A stretch of DNA of 64,000 bases from Candidatus Ryanbacteria bacterium RIFCSPLOWO2_12_FULL_44_26. Lineage in GTDB: Bacteria; Patescibacteriota; Minisyncoccia; Ryanbacterales; HO2-45-13. The stretch covers positions 88,294 to 152,293 of the forward strand of contig MHOA01000001.1 of assembly GCA_001821765.1 (NCBI GenBank), in the 5' to 3' direction. Both the position numbers and the translations under genes were made by a program. The notes under the pieces were generated by a model. It was not told the origin of the DNA. It made no database searches and worked only from the letters and a program-made list of their open reading frames with translations. Of the stretch, positions 29,559-39,376 are shown piece after piece. Numbering within the stretch: the first letter of the stretch is position 1; every line of letters starts with the position of its first letter.

Positions 29559-30888
29559 GAAAACAAAACGCATCCCCAAGGTCCTTGTTTTTGGATTGGG
29601 AAGACACGGCGGCGGACTTGGAACGCTGGATTTTTTTGTTTCTCTTGGATGGCGTGTAAGTATTTTGGAGCAAATGCCCCGCGTTGCTTTTTCCGATGTT
29701 ATAAAAAAGTTTCGCGGAAAGCACATAAAATGGAATTTTAAAACTTATGGTAAAAGAAATCTTTCGGGTATTGATCTTGTTATTAAAAACCCAGCCGTTC
29801 CATTAGATCATTCCATCATCACTTTGGCAAAAAAAGCGGGCATACCAGTCACTAACGATGCTGATATCATGATGACACTGATACCTAAAGAGAGAATTAT
29901 CGGCATAACCGGAACCAAAGGTAAAACAACAACTGCTGCGTTGACTGCTCATCTGCTGAAGTCTCTATATAAAACAACATTTGTTGGAATCCCCGGAATT
30001 CCTTTTTTTCATGTGTTGTCTGAAAAGAAAATGCCGCAGTGGATTGTTGCAGAATTTTCAAGTTTTGATCTTGATCTTGTAACACAAAGTCCGGGAGTTG
30101 CGCTGATCACTTCGTGTTTTCCGGACCATTTAAATCGCTACCGGGACTTCGCTTCTTATCGAAAATCCAAAGCGCATATTTTTCAATTTCAAGATGATTC
30201 AGGCGTTCTTTTCCTGCCGAAAGGAGATAGAAACAACAGCTTCTTTACCGGAAAAGCCCCGGCCCGTGTTGCATATTTTGATAAGGGTCGGTTCGCACAT
30301 CACAAAACGACGCCTTGGAATATCCATCCAATAACTTTTGCCGGAGCTTTCGCCATTGCTTCATACCTTCGTATCCCAAAACGGATTTATGGAAAGCGCC
30401 TGAAAAGTTTTCATAAACCAGAAGGGAGGATGGAAGTTGTGATGAGGAAAAAAGGAATAGTATTTATCAACGACACAACCGCTACAAACCCTCGTGCCGC
30501 CGTCTTTTCAATAACGACTGTGTATAAAGAAAGAAAAAAGAAAAAGGGGGATCTTATTGTCATCGCCGGAGGAGAAGATAAGCGGTTCCCAGCTTCAGAG
30601 GTGCTCCGATTTGCTGATATACTGCGCCGTCATGCTAAGGCAGTCATTTTACTGCCCGGCAGTTTTACAAAGCGCTTATCACCCCACTTACGGAATCATA
30701 AAAACATTACCTATGCCTCATCAATGGCAAAAGCAGTTAAAGAAACATTGCGTTCTGCGAAACAGCATGATGCTGTTTTGTTGAGCCCCGGTGCAGCGAG
30801 CTTTAATCTTTTTACAGACGAGTTTGAACGAGGCAGGGTTTTTAAACATTTCGTCAATCAGGCGTCTATCCAGCGGTCGGATATATGA
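29470..30888 (+). CDS. murD: UDP-N-acetylmuramoylalanine--D-glutamate ligase
   Basis: N-terminal Rossmann KVLVFGLGRHGGG, Mur ligase P-loop GITGTKGKTTT; true start uncertain (ORF overlaps upstream gene by 88 nt; an in-frame TTG at 29530 preceded by GAGGAG is an alternative). Confidence 0.85.
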   Translation: MSECLSMELQLYKKEYIEERLKERFFAGHKKTKRIPKVLVFGLGRHGGGLGTLDFFVSLGWRVSILEQMPRVAFSDVIKKFRGKHIKWNFKTYGKRNLSGIDLVIKNPAVPLDHSIITLAKKAGIPVTNDADIMMTLIPKERIIGITGTKGKTTTAALTAHLLKSLYKTTFVGIPGIPFFHVLSEKKMPQWIVAEFSSFDLDLVTQSPGVALITSCFPDHLNRYRDFASYRKSKAHIFQFQDDSGVLFLPKGDRNNSFFTGKAPARVAYFDKGRFAHHKTTPWNIHPITFAGAFAIASYLRIPKRIYGKRLKSFHKPEGRMEVVMRKKGIVFINDTTATNPRAAVFSITTVYKERKKKKGDLIVIAGGEDKRFPASEVLRFADILRRHAKAVILLPGSFTKRLSPHLRNHKNITYASSMAKAVKETLRSAKQHDAVLLSPGAASFNLFTDEFERGRVFKHFVNQASIQRSDI

Positions 30889-30967
30889 AATATGTAAAAT
30901 GAAAAATATATAAAAACAGGTTTTAGTTTTAGACCGTATTTAGCAGCAGATATGTTATAATGAACAT

Positions 30968-32071
30968 ATGCAGCGCAGGAGGTCTAAACACGTCGATTAT
31001 GTATTTGTTATTATTGGGGGATTCCTTCTTGTCGCAGGACTTTTTATCCTTACCTCGGCTTCTTTTGGCCTTGCTGAATTAAAATTCGACACCCCTTATT
31101 TTTACATAAGCCGTCAATTGACTGCCGTGGCTATCGGACTTGGCGCAATGTTCATTGCCTCCAAGATTCACTATCGCTTCTGGAGAAAGGCGGCTTTGCC
31201 GATTTTGATTTTTAGTGTTGGTTTGCTGCTTATTTTATTTATTCCGAAACTCGGTACGGATTATAATAAGGGGGCTGTTCGATGGTTAAGTATTGGCCCT
31301 ATTTCCTTTCAGCCGGTTGAACTTGTAAAAATCGCTTTTATTATTTACATTGCGGCATGGCTTGATGCAAAAAAGAAAGAAATAAAAAGTTTTTCACACG
31401 GATTTATCCCATTTATTTTTATTGTTTCATTTGTTGGTTTGTTTCTCGTTCTACAGCCAAACATCAGTTCTTTTATTATTATAGCCGGCGCTTCCTTGAT
31501 ACTATATTTTATCGGCGGAGGCAAATCCGCACAGATTGCCGGCGCAGTGCTGCTTGGAGGATTATTGATTGTTGGTTTTATGTATGTTGTGGATTACAAC
31601 TTCACCCGCTTATTGGTTTTCTTGCATCCAGAATCTGATCCGCTTGGAAGCGGGTATCAAATCAAACAGTCGCTTATCGCGATTGGCTCCGGTGGCATTC
31701 TTGGAAAAGGGTTTGGTCTTTCTGAATTGAAGTATAAGCATTTGCCAGAACCAGTAGGGGATTCTATATTTGCCGTTTTCTCTGAAGAACTTGGATTTAC
31801 CGGCAATCTGACACTGATTATTCTATTTTTATTTTTTTTCTGGCGTGGTATGCTGATTGCAGTACGCGCTCCAGACAGGTTTGGACAATTACTGGCTGCC
31901 GGCATTATGCTGATCATTCTTTTGCAAGTTGTGGTAAACATTGGCTCTTTTACCGGTCTTCTGCCCATTACCGGAATACCTTTGCCATTTATAAGTTATG
32001 GACGCTCAGCAATGGTCGCATTACTTGGTAGCTTGGGCATACTTCTTAATATTTCCCGCTATGCGGTATGA
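30968..32071 (+). CDS. ftsW: SEDS-family peptidoglycan glycosyltransferase, FtsW by context
   Basis: 10 TM SEDS fold; located between murD and murG. Confidence 0.8.
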   Translation: MQRRRSKHVDYVFVIIGGFLLVAGLFILTSASFGLAELKFDTPYFYISRQLTAVAIGLGAMFIASKIHYRFWRKAALPILIFSVGLLLILFIPKLGTDYNKGAVRWLSIGPISFQPVELVKIAFIIYIAAWLDAKKKEIKSFSHGFIPFIFIVSFVGLFLVLQPNISSFIIIAGASLILYFIGGGKSAQIAGAVLLGGLLIVGFMYVVDYNFTRLLVFLHPESDPLGSGYQIKQSLIAIGSGGILGKGFGLSELKYKHLPEPVGDSIFAVFSEELGFTGNLTLIILFLFFFWRGMLIAVRAPDRFGQLLAAGIMLIILLQVVVNIGSFTGLLPITGIPLPFISYGRSAMVALLGSLGILLNISRYAV

Positions 32072-32132
32072 AACGGTTGTGCAGACGTAACTGGAAAAGC
32101 GCCGTCTATTATTGAGGCATCTTTAGAAGATT

Positions 32133-33263
32133 ATGAAAATTACATTGCTTGGCGGCGGGACAGGTGGTCATTTTTATCCGCTCATTGCAATAGCTCGTGA
32201 ACTGAAAAATATAAAAAACGAAGAACACATTGTTCAGATGAATATTACACTTGCCGGTGATATATATCCGGGTGAAGAACTTTTACGAAGTGAGGAAATG
32301 TCGTTTAGAAGGGTCAGCGCAGGAAAATTCCGACGCTATTTTTCACTGCTCAACATGCTTGATATTTTTAAAACATTGTTGGGTATTTTTAAAGAATTTT
32401 GGCATTATACTACAGACCCTCCCGATATTATTTTTTCAAAAGGAGGTTATGCAAGCTTCCCTTCACTTGTTGCCGCGCGTCTTTATAAAATACCGGTGAT
32501 TATTCATGAATCAGATGCCGTTCCCGGTATTGTAAACAAATGGACTGCGCGATTTGCCGAACGAGTTGCTATCGCATTTCCTGAAGCTGTTGAATATTTT
32601 CCAAAAGAAAAAACAGCCCTCGTCGGCAATCCAATAAGAAGGTCACTGCTCGGCGGCAGTATTGAAGAAGCGCTTGATATATTCAATCTTGAAGAGGGTA
32701 TTCCGACAATCCTTATTCTTGGCGGTTCACAAGGCGCTGAAGCGTTAAATAACACTGTTCTTTCAGCTCTTGGAGATCTTCTGGTTTCTGTGCAGATAAT
32801 CCACCAAGCGGGACCGAAACTTTATAAAGCGGTTGCTAATGAAGCAATGGTGATCCTTGACCGTCTTGATAAGAATATAAAAAACCGTTATCACGTATAT
32901 CCGTTTCTTTATGAAGCAGAACTTCGTAATGCCGCTTATATCAGTGATGTCATTGTTTCAAGGGCGGGAGCCGGCGGAATATTTGAAATAGCTGCATGGG
33001 GTAAACCGTCTATTATCATACCGCTCCCGTCTTCAGCAGGAGATCATCAGCGGGAAAACGCATATAGTTATGCGCGCAGCGGCGCTTGCGAAATTCTTGA
33101 GCAAAATAATCTTACAACACACCTTTTCCAGAGCCATATTATGAAAATTGTTGATAATAAGGAAGTTGCAGAAAAAATGAAAAGAGGCGCCCAATCCTTC
33201 GCTAAGATTGATGCGGCAAAGCGGGTGGCCAAGGAGATTGTCCGTTTAGGCACGCACGAGTAA
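32133..33263 (+). CDS. murG: undecaprenyldiphospho-muramoylpentapeptide beta-N-acetylglucosaminyltransferase
   Basis: LLGGGTGGHFYPLIAIA N-terminus; GT28 C-terminal domain. Confidence 0.9.
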   Translation: MKITLLGGGTGGHFYPLIAIARELKNIKNEEHIVQMNITLAGDIYPGEELLRSEEMSFRRVSAGKFRRYFSLLNMLDIFKTLLGIFKEFWHYTTDPPDIIFSKGGYASFPSLVAARLYKIPVIIHESDAVPGIVNKWTARFAERVAIAFPEAVEYFPKEKTALVGNPIRRSLLGGSIEEALDIFNLEEGIPTILILGGSQGAEALNNTVLSALGDLLVSVQIIHQAGPKLYKAVANEAMVILDRLDKNIKNRYHVYPFLYEAELRNAAYISDVIVSRAGAGGIFEIAAWGKPSIIIPLPSSAGDHQRENAYSYARSGACEILEQNNLTTHLFQSHIMKIVDNKEVAEKMKRGAQSFAKIDAAKRVAKEIVRLGTHE

Positions 33264-33290
33264 GCATCAAAAGCACAATAAAGCATCAAC

Positions 33291-34781
33291 ATGATGACCG
33301 AACCGAATTCCTTACATTTCGAGAATGTTCGCGTTCGTATTGCTCCCTCACCAAGCGGTTTTTTACATATCGGGACTGCGAGAACGGCGCTTTTTAATTG
33401 GTTGTTTGCGAAAAAACACAACGGAAGCTTCATTTTGCGTTTTGAAGATACCGACAGAGAACGATCAAAAAAAGAGTTTGAGTATAACATCAGAGAAGGG
33501 CTTGAGTGGCTCGGAATAACATGGGATGAAGAGTATCGGCAGTCGGAACGGCCTGCGGTTTATCAAACATACTTGGAAAAACTATTGAGTGGCGGCTGGA
33601 TTTACCGTTGCCCGCACAGAATTGAACAAAGCAACACTCCCCACATCTGTCCTTTCAGGGATCAAGACGAGACGGAAGAAGGGATCTTTCGATTTAAAAA
33701 CAACGAAAAAAAGACGATAACATTTAATGATATGGTGCGCGGAGCAGTTTCTTTCAACCCAAAAGACCTTGGAGATTTTTCAATTGCTGTGGATTTCTCA
33801 AGACCGTTATTTATTTTTGCCGGTGTTGTAGATGATAAAGAAATGCATATTTCTCACGTTATAAGAGGAGAGGATCATCTCTCAAACACACCAAAACAGA
33901 TATTGGTGGGGCGGGCGCTTGGATTTCCTGAGCCGAAGTGGGCGCACATCCCGCTTATTCTTGAAAAAAACCGCTCCAAACTTTCAAAGCGCGATGGAGC
34001 GACGTCAATTCTTGACTATCGGGAAATGGGCTATTTGCCCAACGCGCTTTTGAATTTTATGGCGCTGATGGGATGGCATCCGCTGGATGATACAAAAGAA
34101 ATAATCTCTCCAAAAGAATTGATAGCGGAATTCTCTGTAGAGCGCATCCAAAAAGGGGGAGCGGTTTTTAACATAGATAAACTAAATTGGATGAACAAGC
34201 AGTACATAAACAATTTAACGGATAAAGAAACAGCACAGTTGTTCATTCCTCATCTGATGAACGCCGGTCTCATAAAACCGGAGATTAAAAACATTCAGTT
34301 TCCTGCGGCATACGGCGGATACACGCCAACGGAAACATATGTCGCTAAAGATGGAAAATCTGTGCGGCTTGACTATATCATACAAATAGCTGCGCTGGAA
34401 AAGCCCAGAATTGAGAAACTTTCTGACATCACTGTATTTGGCGATTTCTTTTTTTGTAAACCGCAATATGATCTTGAGTTGCTTTCATGGAAAGGTGTAC
34501 AACCGCTGGAAGATATCCGTAGAAAACTTGACATAACAATAAATTTATTGGATAAGCTTGAAAACAAAAATTTCACAAAAAATGAACTGGAAGGCGCTTT
34601 GATACCCATAGCCGAAAAGGAAGGGAAAGGAGAGCTATTATGGCCCTTAAGAGCCGCTTTATCGGGCAAAAAGGCCTCTCCGGGGCCGTTTGAGATTATG
34701 GAAATATTGGGCAAGGAAACGACCATAGAGCGTCTTAAAGAAGCTAAAAAACGTCTATTGGAACATGTTGAAAAGATATAA
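33291..34781 (+). CDS. gltX: glutamyl-tRNA synthetase
   Basis: HIGH-type HIGTARTALFNW, KMSK-type KLSKR. Confidence 0.9.
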   Translation: MMTEPNSLHFENVRVRIAPSPSGFLHIGTARTALFNWLFAKKHNGSFILRFEDTDRERSKKEFEYNIREGLEWLGITWDEEYRQSERPAVYQTYLEKLLSGGWIYRCPHRIEQSNTPHICPFRDQDETEEGIFRFKNNEKKTITFNDMVRGAVSFNPKDLGDFSIAVDFSRPLFIFAGVVDDKEMHISHVIRGEDHLSNTPKQILVGRALGFPEPKWAHIPLILEKNRSKLSKRDGATSILDYREMGYLPNALLNFMALMGWHPLDDTKEIISPKELIAEFSVERIQKGGAVFNIDKLNWMNKQYINNLTDKETAQLFIPHLMNAGLIKPEIKNIQFPAAYGGYTPTETYVAKDGKSVRLDYIIQIAALEKPRIEKLSDITVFGDFFFCKPQYDLELLSWKGVQPLEDIRRKLDITINLLDKLENKNFTKNELEGALIPIAEKEGKGELLWPLRAALSGKKASPGPFEIMEILGKETTIERLKEAKKRLLEHVEKI

Positions 34782-36027
34782 ATTTGCTGTTCTTTTTGCG
34801 CTTTTACTATTTTTACCGATGTCATCGCTTCAGTCGTCAACTATTGATGAACTGAAAGACAAAATACAAGATCGAGAAAAGCAGATTTCAGATATTGAAT
34901 CGGAAATCGCTTCCTATCAAAAGACGCTTGATGAGACAGAAAAAAAGGCGAGCACGCTGAATAATGAAATTATCATCCGCGACACAAGAATAAAAAAGAT
35001 TAACGCTGATATCCGTCTTACCGAATCCAACATTAAAAAGGCTGAACTGGTCATTGAAACACTCATCCTTGAAATTTTAGATAAAGAACAAAAAATAACT
35101 GACAGGAAAGCTACGCTTGCCGAGCTAATAAGAACGATACACGAATTAGAAGGGGAGACATTAATTGAGATTTTTCTTGCAAATGAACAAATCTCTGATT
35201 TTTTCGGAGATGTTGAATATCTCCAAAACCTTGATTCGGCGATTCAAGCGAACCTGATGAATCTTAAGGATTTAAAAACGATTCTTGAGAATGAAAAAGA
35301 GTTGAATGAACGTGAGAAATCGAAATTAAGCACGCTAAGGAGCGACTTTTCGGCGAGAAAAACAATTGAAGAAAATATTAAAAAAGATAAAGCGGCATTG
35401 CTTAAAAAAACACAGCAGGAAGAAGCAAAATATCAACAGCTGCTGGATGAACGAGAAAAGGCGCGGGCAGAGATTATTGCGGAAATAAATGAAATTGAAG
35501 AACAATTGCGGTTGCTTATTGATCCTTCTCAATTACCGCCGAAAGGGACAAAGGTGCTGGCATGGCCGGTTGAAGACCCATTTATCACTCAAGGATACGG
35601 CTATACCGTGTTTGCTGTTAAACGATCAGACATCTATCAGGGAAAAGGACATAATGGAATTGATTTCCGAGCCAGCATTGGAACACCTATTCTTGCAGTT
35701 GCTGATGGCGTTGTTGTTGATACGGGAAATACTGATCTTACTTGTCTAGGCGGATCATATGGAAAATGGATTGTTATAAAACATAGTAACAACCTTGCAA
35801 CCGTTTATGCGCACCTTTCTCTTATAAATGTTAAAAAAGGACAGGAAGTAAAAAAGGGAGAAAGCATCGCTTACAGCGGAGATTCCGGCTATACGTTAGG
35901 ACCTCATCTTCATTTTACCGTCTATGCCGCAAATACGCTTCGTTTTGCGCCGTCTCCAAGCGGGAGATGCCGATATCAGCCCTATGGAGGCCCGATAGAT
36001 CCATTAGATTACCTTCCGTCAATTTAA
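34765..36027 (+). CDS. M23 family peptidase with N-terminal coiled coil (EnvC/NlpD-like)
   Basis: Signal peptide, long coiled coil, C-terminal HNGIDFRA...GPHLHF M23 motifs. Confidence 0.8.
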   Translation: MLKRYKFAVLFALLLFLPMSSLQSSTIDELKDKIQDREKQISDIESEIASYQKTLDETEKKASTLNNEIIIRDTRIKKINADIRLTESNIKKAELVIETLILEILDKEQKITDRKATLAELIRTIHELEGETLIEIFLANEQISDFFGDVEYLQNLDSAIQANLMNLKDLKTILENEKELNEREKSKLSTLRSDFSARKTIEENIKKDKAALLKKTQQEEAKYQQLLDEREKARAEIIAEINEIEEQLRLLIDPSQLPPKGTKVLAWPVEDPFITQGYGYTVFAVKRSDIYQGKGHNGIDFRASIGTPILAVADGVVVDTGNTDLTCLGGSYGKWIVIKHSNNLATVYAHLSLINVKKGQEVKKGESIAYSGDSGYTLGPHLHFTVYAANTLRFAPSPSGRCRYQPYGGPIDPLDYLPSI

Positions 36028-36066
36028 TTGGAATTTATTTGAGCCGTGTAATATAATATAAGCGAT

Positions 36067-36351
36067 ATGATTCGTTTGCTGATAATATTTGTATTAGTTG
36101 TTGTTTTACTAAGTCTGCTTGGGGTAAATATTGTTTCATTGTTAAATAACAAAACCTTGCGTGACAATTTTAGTTTTATTTGGAACTGGACAAAACATAT
36201 CTGGATTACATATCTTAAAGCGCCCGTTGCGCGTGCGGCAATTTTTATCTGGGAAGAGGGAATAAAGCCGGTTTTTCAGCTGCTCAAAGACCGCAATAAT
36301 GCGAGTAACGAAGGGGATGCGCGCATAGGACGCACTATATCCATTACTTGA
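36067..36351 (+). CDS. hypothetical small membrane protein
   Basis: 94 aa, one N-terminal TM. Confidence 0.4.
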   Translation: MIRLLIIFVLVVVLLSLLGVNIVSLLNNKTLRDNFSFIWNWTKHIWITYLKAPVARAAIFIWEEGIKPVFQLLKDRNNASNEGDARIGRTISIT

Positions 36352-36359
36352 AGTTTTGA

Positions 36360-36660
36360 AGTTCAGTCTGCTTATAGGTCGCCAAAGGTATATTGTGCGA
36401 CCTAGGCGATGAGGGGTTTCCTAGGATGCGCCACGATTCACGATCTCGCTGCGGCGAGGGTTCCGACACCTCCCTCCCCGCCTGTGGGTGAGTTTGTCGA
36501 GCAGTGAGAGAAGTTCCCTCGAGCCGCGCCCTGTAAAGGGTGGAGGGAGGACGCCGAGTTTGCGTTTTGGAGTCGGCGGTGCTCGCCGACTAGAAAAACT
36601 CGACGCCCTTCCACAAAGGAAAGGCCGGTACGCTGATAGCGTACCGGCCTTTTTTACTTC
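36360..36660 (+). ncRNA. GC-rich structured RNA candidate ending in an intrinsic terminator (class unassigned)
   Basis: About 60% GC island with no credible ORF; helices AGGTCGC...GCGACCT, CCTCCCTCC...GGAGGGAGG, GAGTCGGCG...CGCCGACT; 12-bp GC hairpin plus T6 at 36623-36655. Confidence 0.35.
36620..36656 (+). terminator. strong rho-independent terminator
   Basis: GGCCGGTACGCT-gat-AGCGTACCGGCC followed by T6. Confidence 0.7.
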
Positions 36661-36687
36661 AGTCACAGTCAAGCGATGTGTCGGAAA

Positions 36688-36729
36688 TAAAAAAAGCTTG
36701 TTGATACTGTGATCACAAGCTTTTTTTGG
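36688..36729. terminator. bidirectional terminator
   Basis: A7-AAGCTTGT...ACAAGCTT-T7. Confidence 0.6.
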
Positions 36730-36744
36730 TATGGCTCCTCTTCT

Positions 36745-37044
36745 TTACCGCGCTATTACGCAGTACTCCCTTACGGCTCGTAAGGCCATATTGAAATGAC
36801 GCTGGTCAAAATCATCCGGGAACCGCTGTTTCAGCTCCATACAAAGATCCTCTGTTTTCACTTCCCCAGCCACAAGTACGCGCTCTAGAAGTGCTGTTTT
36901 GTAGAATGTGATGGGATAGATACGCATCTGATGTGTGAGATCCCGATGATCTTCAAGCAGGCACTGATACTCATTCAGTTTTCTTTTTGCTCTGTTTATT
37001 CCCCTACTGCTCTTTGGAAGCAAATACGTCAAAATTCCCCCCAT
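36745..37044 (-). CDS. hypothetical protein (99 aa)
   Basis: ORF with terminator downstream; no recognisable motif. Confidence 0.45.
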   Translation of the reverse strand: MGGILTYLLPKSSRGINRAKRKLNEYQCLLEDHRDLTHQMRIYPITFYKTALLERVLVAGEVKTEDLCMELKQRFPDDFDQRHFNMALRAVREYCVIAR

Positions 37045-37347
37045 TCTCGCAAATGCGATTTTTGTTTCGGTGAAAGTTTAACACAATATCTGTTTTCTGT
37101 CAATCAAGGAACATACACAACACAAGAAAAAGCAGGAAGCAACAAAACGACACGACAATCGTCTCAAGCGTACTTTTCCTCCCCTGTTGGTCTGATAAAG
37201 AACATATAAGAAACTGATACCGTCGTCAACATTACAGTTTCTGTGAATAATTGATTAGCGGCTTATCTCTACGTTAAATAGAATATAAAAAGAAATGAGC
37301 TTGCTGAGCAGGTTTTTTTCTTTTTTCCAACACGGTACAATGTTTCT

Positions 37348-38511
37348 ATGCGAACGAGTTATTCGGCGTTGGATACATACAAACAGTGCCCTAAAAAATA
37401 TAAATTTCAGCAAATTGACAAAATAAAAATTCCAAAGACAAAGGAAGCCGTTTTTGGCACGCTCGTGCATGAATCGTTAAAATTCATGTTTTCCCGAGAC
37501 CCTCTCTTCCCTACTCTTGAAGAAGTGCTGGCATCTTTTAGAGAAAAATTGGCCGAATCTCCAATAAAAAATGAGGATAAAGAACGATATGGGGAAGCCG
37601 GAATGGAAATGCTTAGAAAATTTTGGAAGAAAAATCCCCCATGGAACTTTAACGTGATAGACACTGAATCAAGGTTTGAAGTGACATTAGACGACAACAC
37701 GAACAAAACCACACATGTGCTCGCGGGAATCATTGACCGCATTGACACGCCGTCTGAAAGCACTTATGAAGTAATTGATTATAAAACCTCAAGAAAACTC
37801 CCGTCTCAAAAATATGTTGATGAAGATTTACAGCTTTCTTTATATCACTTAGCCATCACAAAACGCTGGCCCCACACAGATCCGGACTATATTATTCTTT
37901 CTCTTTATTACCTGAAAGCCGGTGAAAAACTTTCCACTAAAAGGAGCGGCGGGGCATTAAAAACGACTGAAGAAAAAGTTCTGGAAAAGATTCATGCCAT
38001 TGAAGAAAAAATAAAGAGTGACGATTTCCCGCCAAAACCTTCTGCTCTTTGCAATTGGTGCGGCTACAGACCTATTTGTCCCGCGTGGAAACATCTTTAT
38101 CAAAAGAAAAAAGACGCAAGCCCGCAAGATATAGAAATAGAAAGGGTCATTGACGATTTTTTGGAGCTGAAACAAAAATCAGAGGAAGATAAAAAAAAGA
38201 TTGCCGAACTTGCTGACAAAATAAATGTATATATGGATTTAGAAAAGGTTGAACGTTTATTTGGCAAAAAAAATATTATTTCACGCAGCATTCAGGAACG
38301 CACTGAATGGAGCATAGATGAAGTAAAAGAAATTCTCCAACCGCTTGGCCTATGGGAGGAAATTCTTAGCGCCGATATAAAAAAATTAAACGCGCTTTTT
38401 TCAAAACTCCCCGCACAAACCAGAAAAAAGCTTCAAGAAAAAGCCATAAAACTGAAGCGGTTTACCGCGCTTAAAGTTTTAAAAAAGAAAGTCTCGCCGC
38501 CTGACGAATAG
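37348..38511 (+). CDS. PD-(D/E)XK nuclease, RecB/Cas4-like with Fe-S Cys cluster and helical C-terminal extension
   Basis: N-terminal YSALDTYKQCPKKYKF, IDRID..VIDYKT core, C-terminal CNWCGYRPICPAW (C..CxxCx5C). Confidence 0.7.
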   Translation: MRTSYSALDTYKQCPKKYKFQQIDKIKIPKTKEAVFGTLVHESLKFMFSRDPLFPTLEEVLASFREKLAESPIKNEDKERYGEAGMEMLRKFWKKNPPWNFNVIDTESRFEVTLDDNTNKTTHVLAGIIDRIDTPSESTYEVIDYKTSRKLPSQKYVDEDLQLSLYHLAITKRWPHTDPDYIILSLYYLKAGEKLSTKRSGGALKTTEEKVLEKIHAIEEKIKSDDFPPKPSALCNWCGYRPICPAWKHLYQKKKDASPQDIEIERVIDDFLELKQKSEEDKKKIAELADKINVYMDLEKVERLFGKKNIISRSIQERTEWSIDEVKEILQPLGLWEEILSADIKKLNALFSKLPAQTRKKLQEKAIKLKRFTALKVLKKKVSPPDE

Positions 38512-38524
38512 TGCATACGCTGTT

Positions 38525-38875
38525 TTATTTACAAAGTTTAGACAATTCGTAACCGGCTTTTTCAGCCTCCGCAACGGATGCAAAATAAAGGCGATTTTCC
38601 TCTTTAATGCGGTTTGCCGCATTGCAGAATTTAGGATAATACTTCGTTCCGTTTTTGCTTACTATATAAAACATATCACTCCCCTGCTCTTCTATATGAG
38701 GAATCTTTATGCTAAAAGCGTTTTCTTCTATGCTGATGGGGTAAACACCGTCGTCTTTCAAAAGCAACTGTAATGCGCCAAAAATCAATACTGAAACCAG
38801 TACGCTTACGAACATGATGAATACTTCATCGCGTTTGAGCAAGCCCTTTACTTTTTCTATGATTTTTTGTATCAT
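38525..38875 (-). CDS. hypothetical membrane-anchored protein with Ada-N-like metal-binding-domain remnant
   Basis: N-terminal TM; FYIVSKNGTKYYPKFC...FASVAEAEKAGYELSKLCK resembles Ada_Zn_binding pattern. Confidence 0.35.
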   Translation of the reverse strand: MIQKIIEKVKGLLKRDEVFIMFVSVLVSVLIFGALQLLLKDDGVYPISIEENAFSIKIPHIEEQGSDMFYIVSKNGTKYYPKFCNAANRIKEENRLYFASVAEAEKAGYELSKLCK

Positions 38876-38962
38876 AGTTATATTATAGTATTATGAACGG
38901 GGCGGGCTTTTTGTAAAGAACCGGCCGCTCCAAATCGGTCTAAGCTGAATTTTTTTAAAATT

Positions 38963-39235
38963 ATGGCACATACAAAATCCGGCGGATCAACAGCAAATGT
39001 CCGCGATTCTAAACCGAAATATCTTGGTGTGAAGCTTTATGACGGCCAGCCCGCAAAATCCGGTTCAATTATCGTGCGCCAGCGCGGAACAAAATTTATC
39101 CCCGGCAAAAACGTTCGTGTAGGAAAAGATCATACGCTTTACGCTGTAAAAGAAGGAAAAGTCCAATTCAGCAAAAAAAGAAAAACCAGATTTGATGGTT
39201 CGGTTTTAAACAAAAAGATTATACATATTATTTAA
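38963..39235 (+). CDS. rpmA: 50S ribosomal protein L27
   Basis: [24 protein letters not shown]. Confidence 0.9.
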   Translation: MAHTKSGGSTANVRDSKPKYLGVKLYDGQPAKSGSIIVRQRGTKFIPGKNVRVGKDHTLYAVKEGKVQFSKKRKTRFDGSVLNKKIIHII

Positions 39236-39298
39236 TATCGTCCGATAAAATACCTGCGGCTGTTTTTATACTCCAAGTTCCTGTTTTTTGATAAATAT

Positions 39299-39333
39299 TA
39301 AAAAAACCAGCTTTTGAGATTATCGCAAGCTGG
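39299..39333 (-). terminator. rho-independent terminator for the 39377-39613 gene
   Basis: On minus strand CCAGCTTGCGATAATCTCAAAAGCTGG followed by T7. Confidence 0.5.
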
Positions 39334-39376
39334 TAAGTATGGGATCAGAAGCTTTATACAAAACAACAGTTCTCTT

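Noticed and set aside
36421-36712. Overlapping 83-aa (minus) and 74-aa (plus) ORFs inside the 36360-36660 GC-rich element
   Set aside because: Both are R/G/P/S-rich translation artefacts of GC-rich structured sequence, with no RBS.
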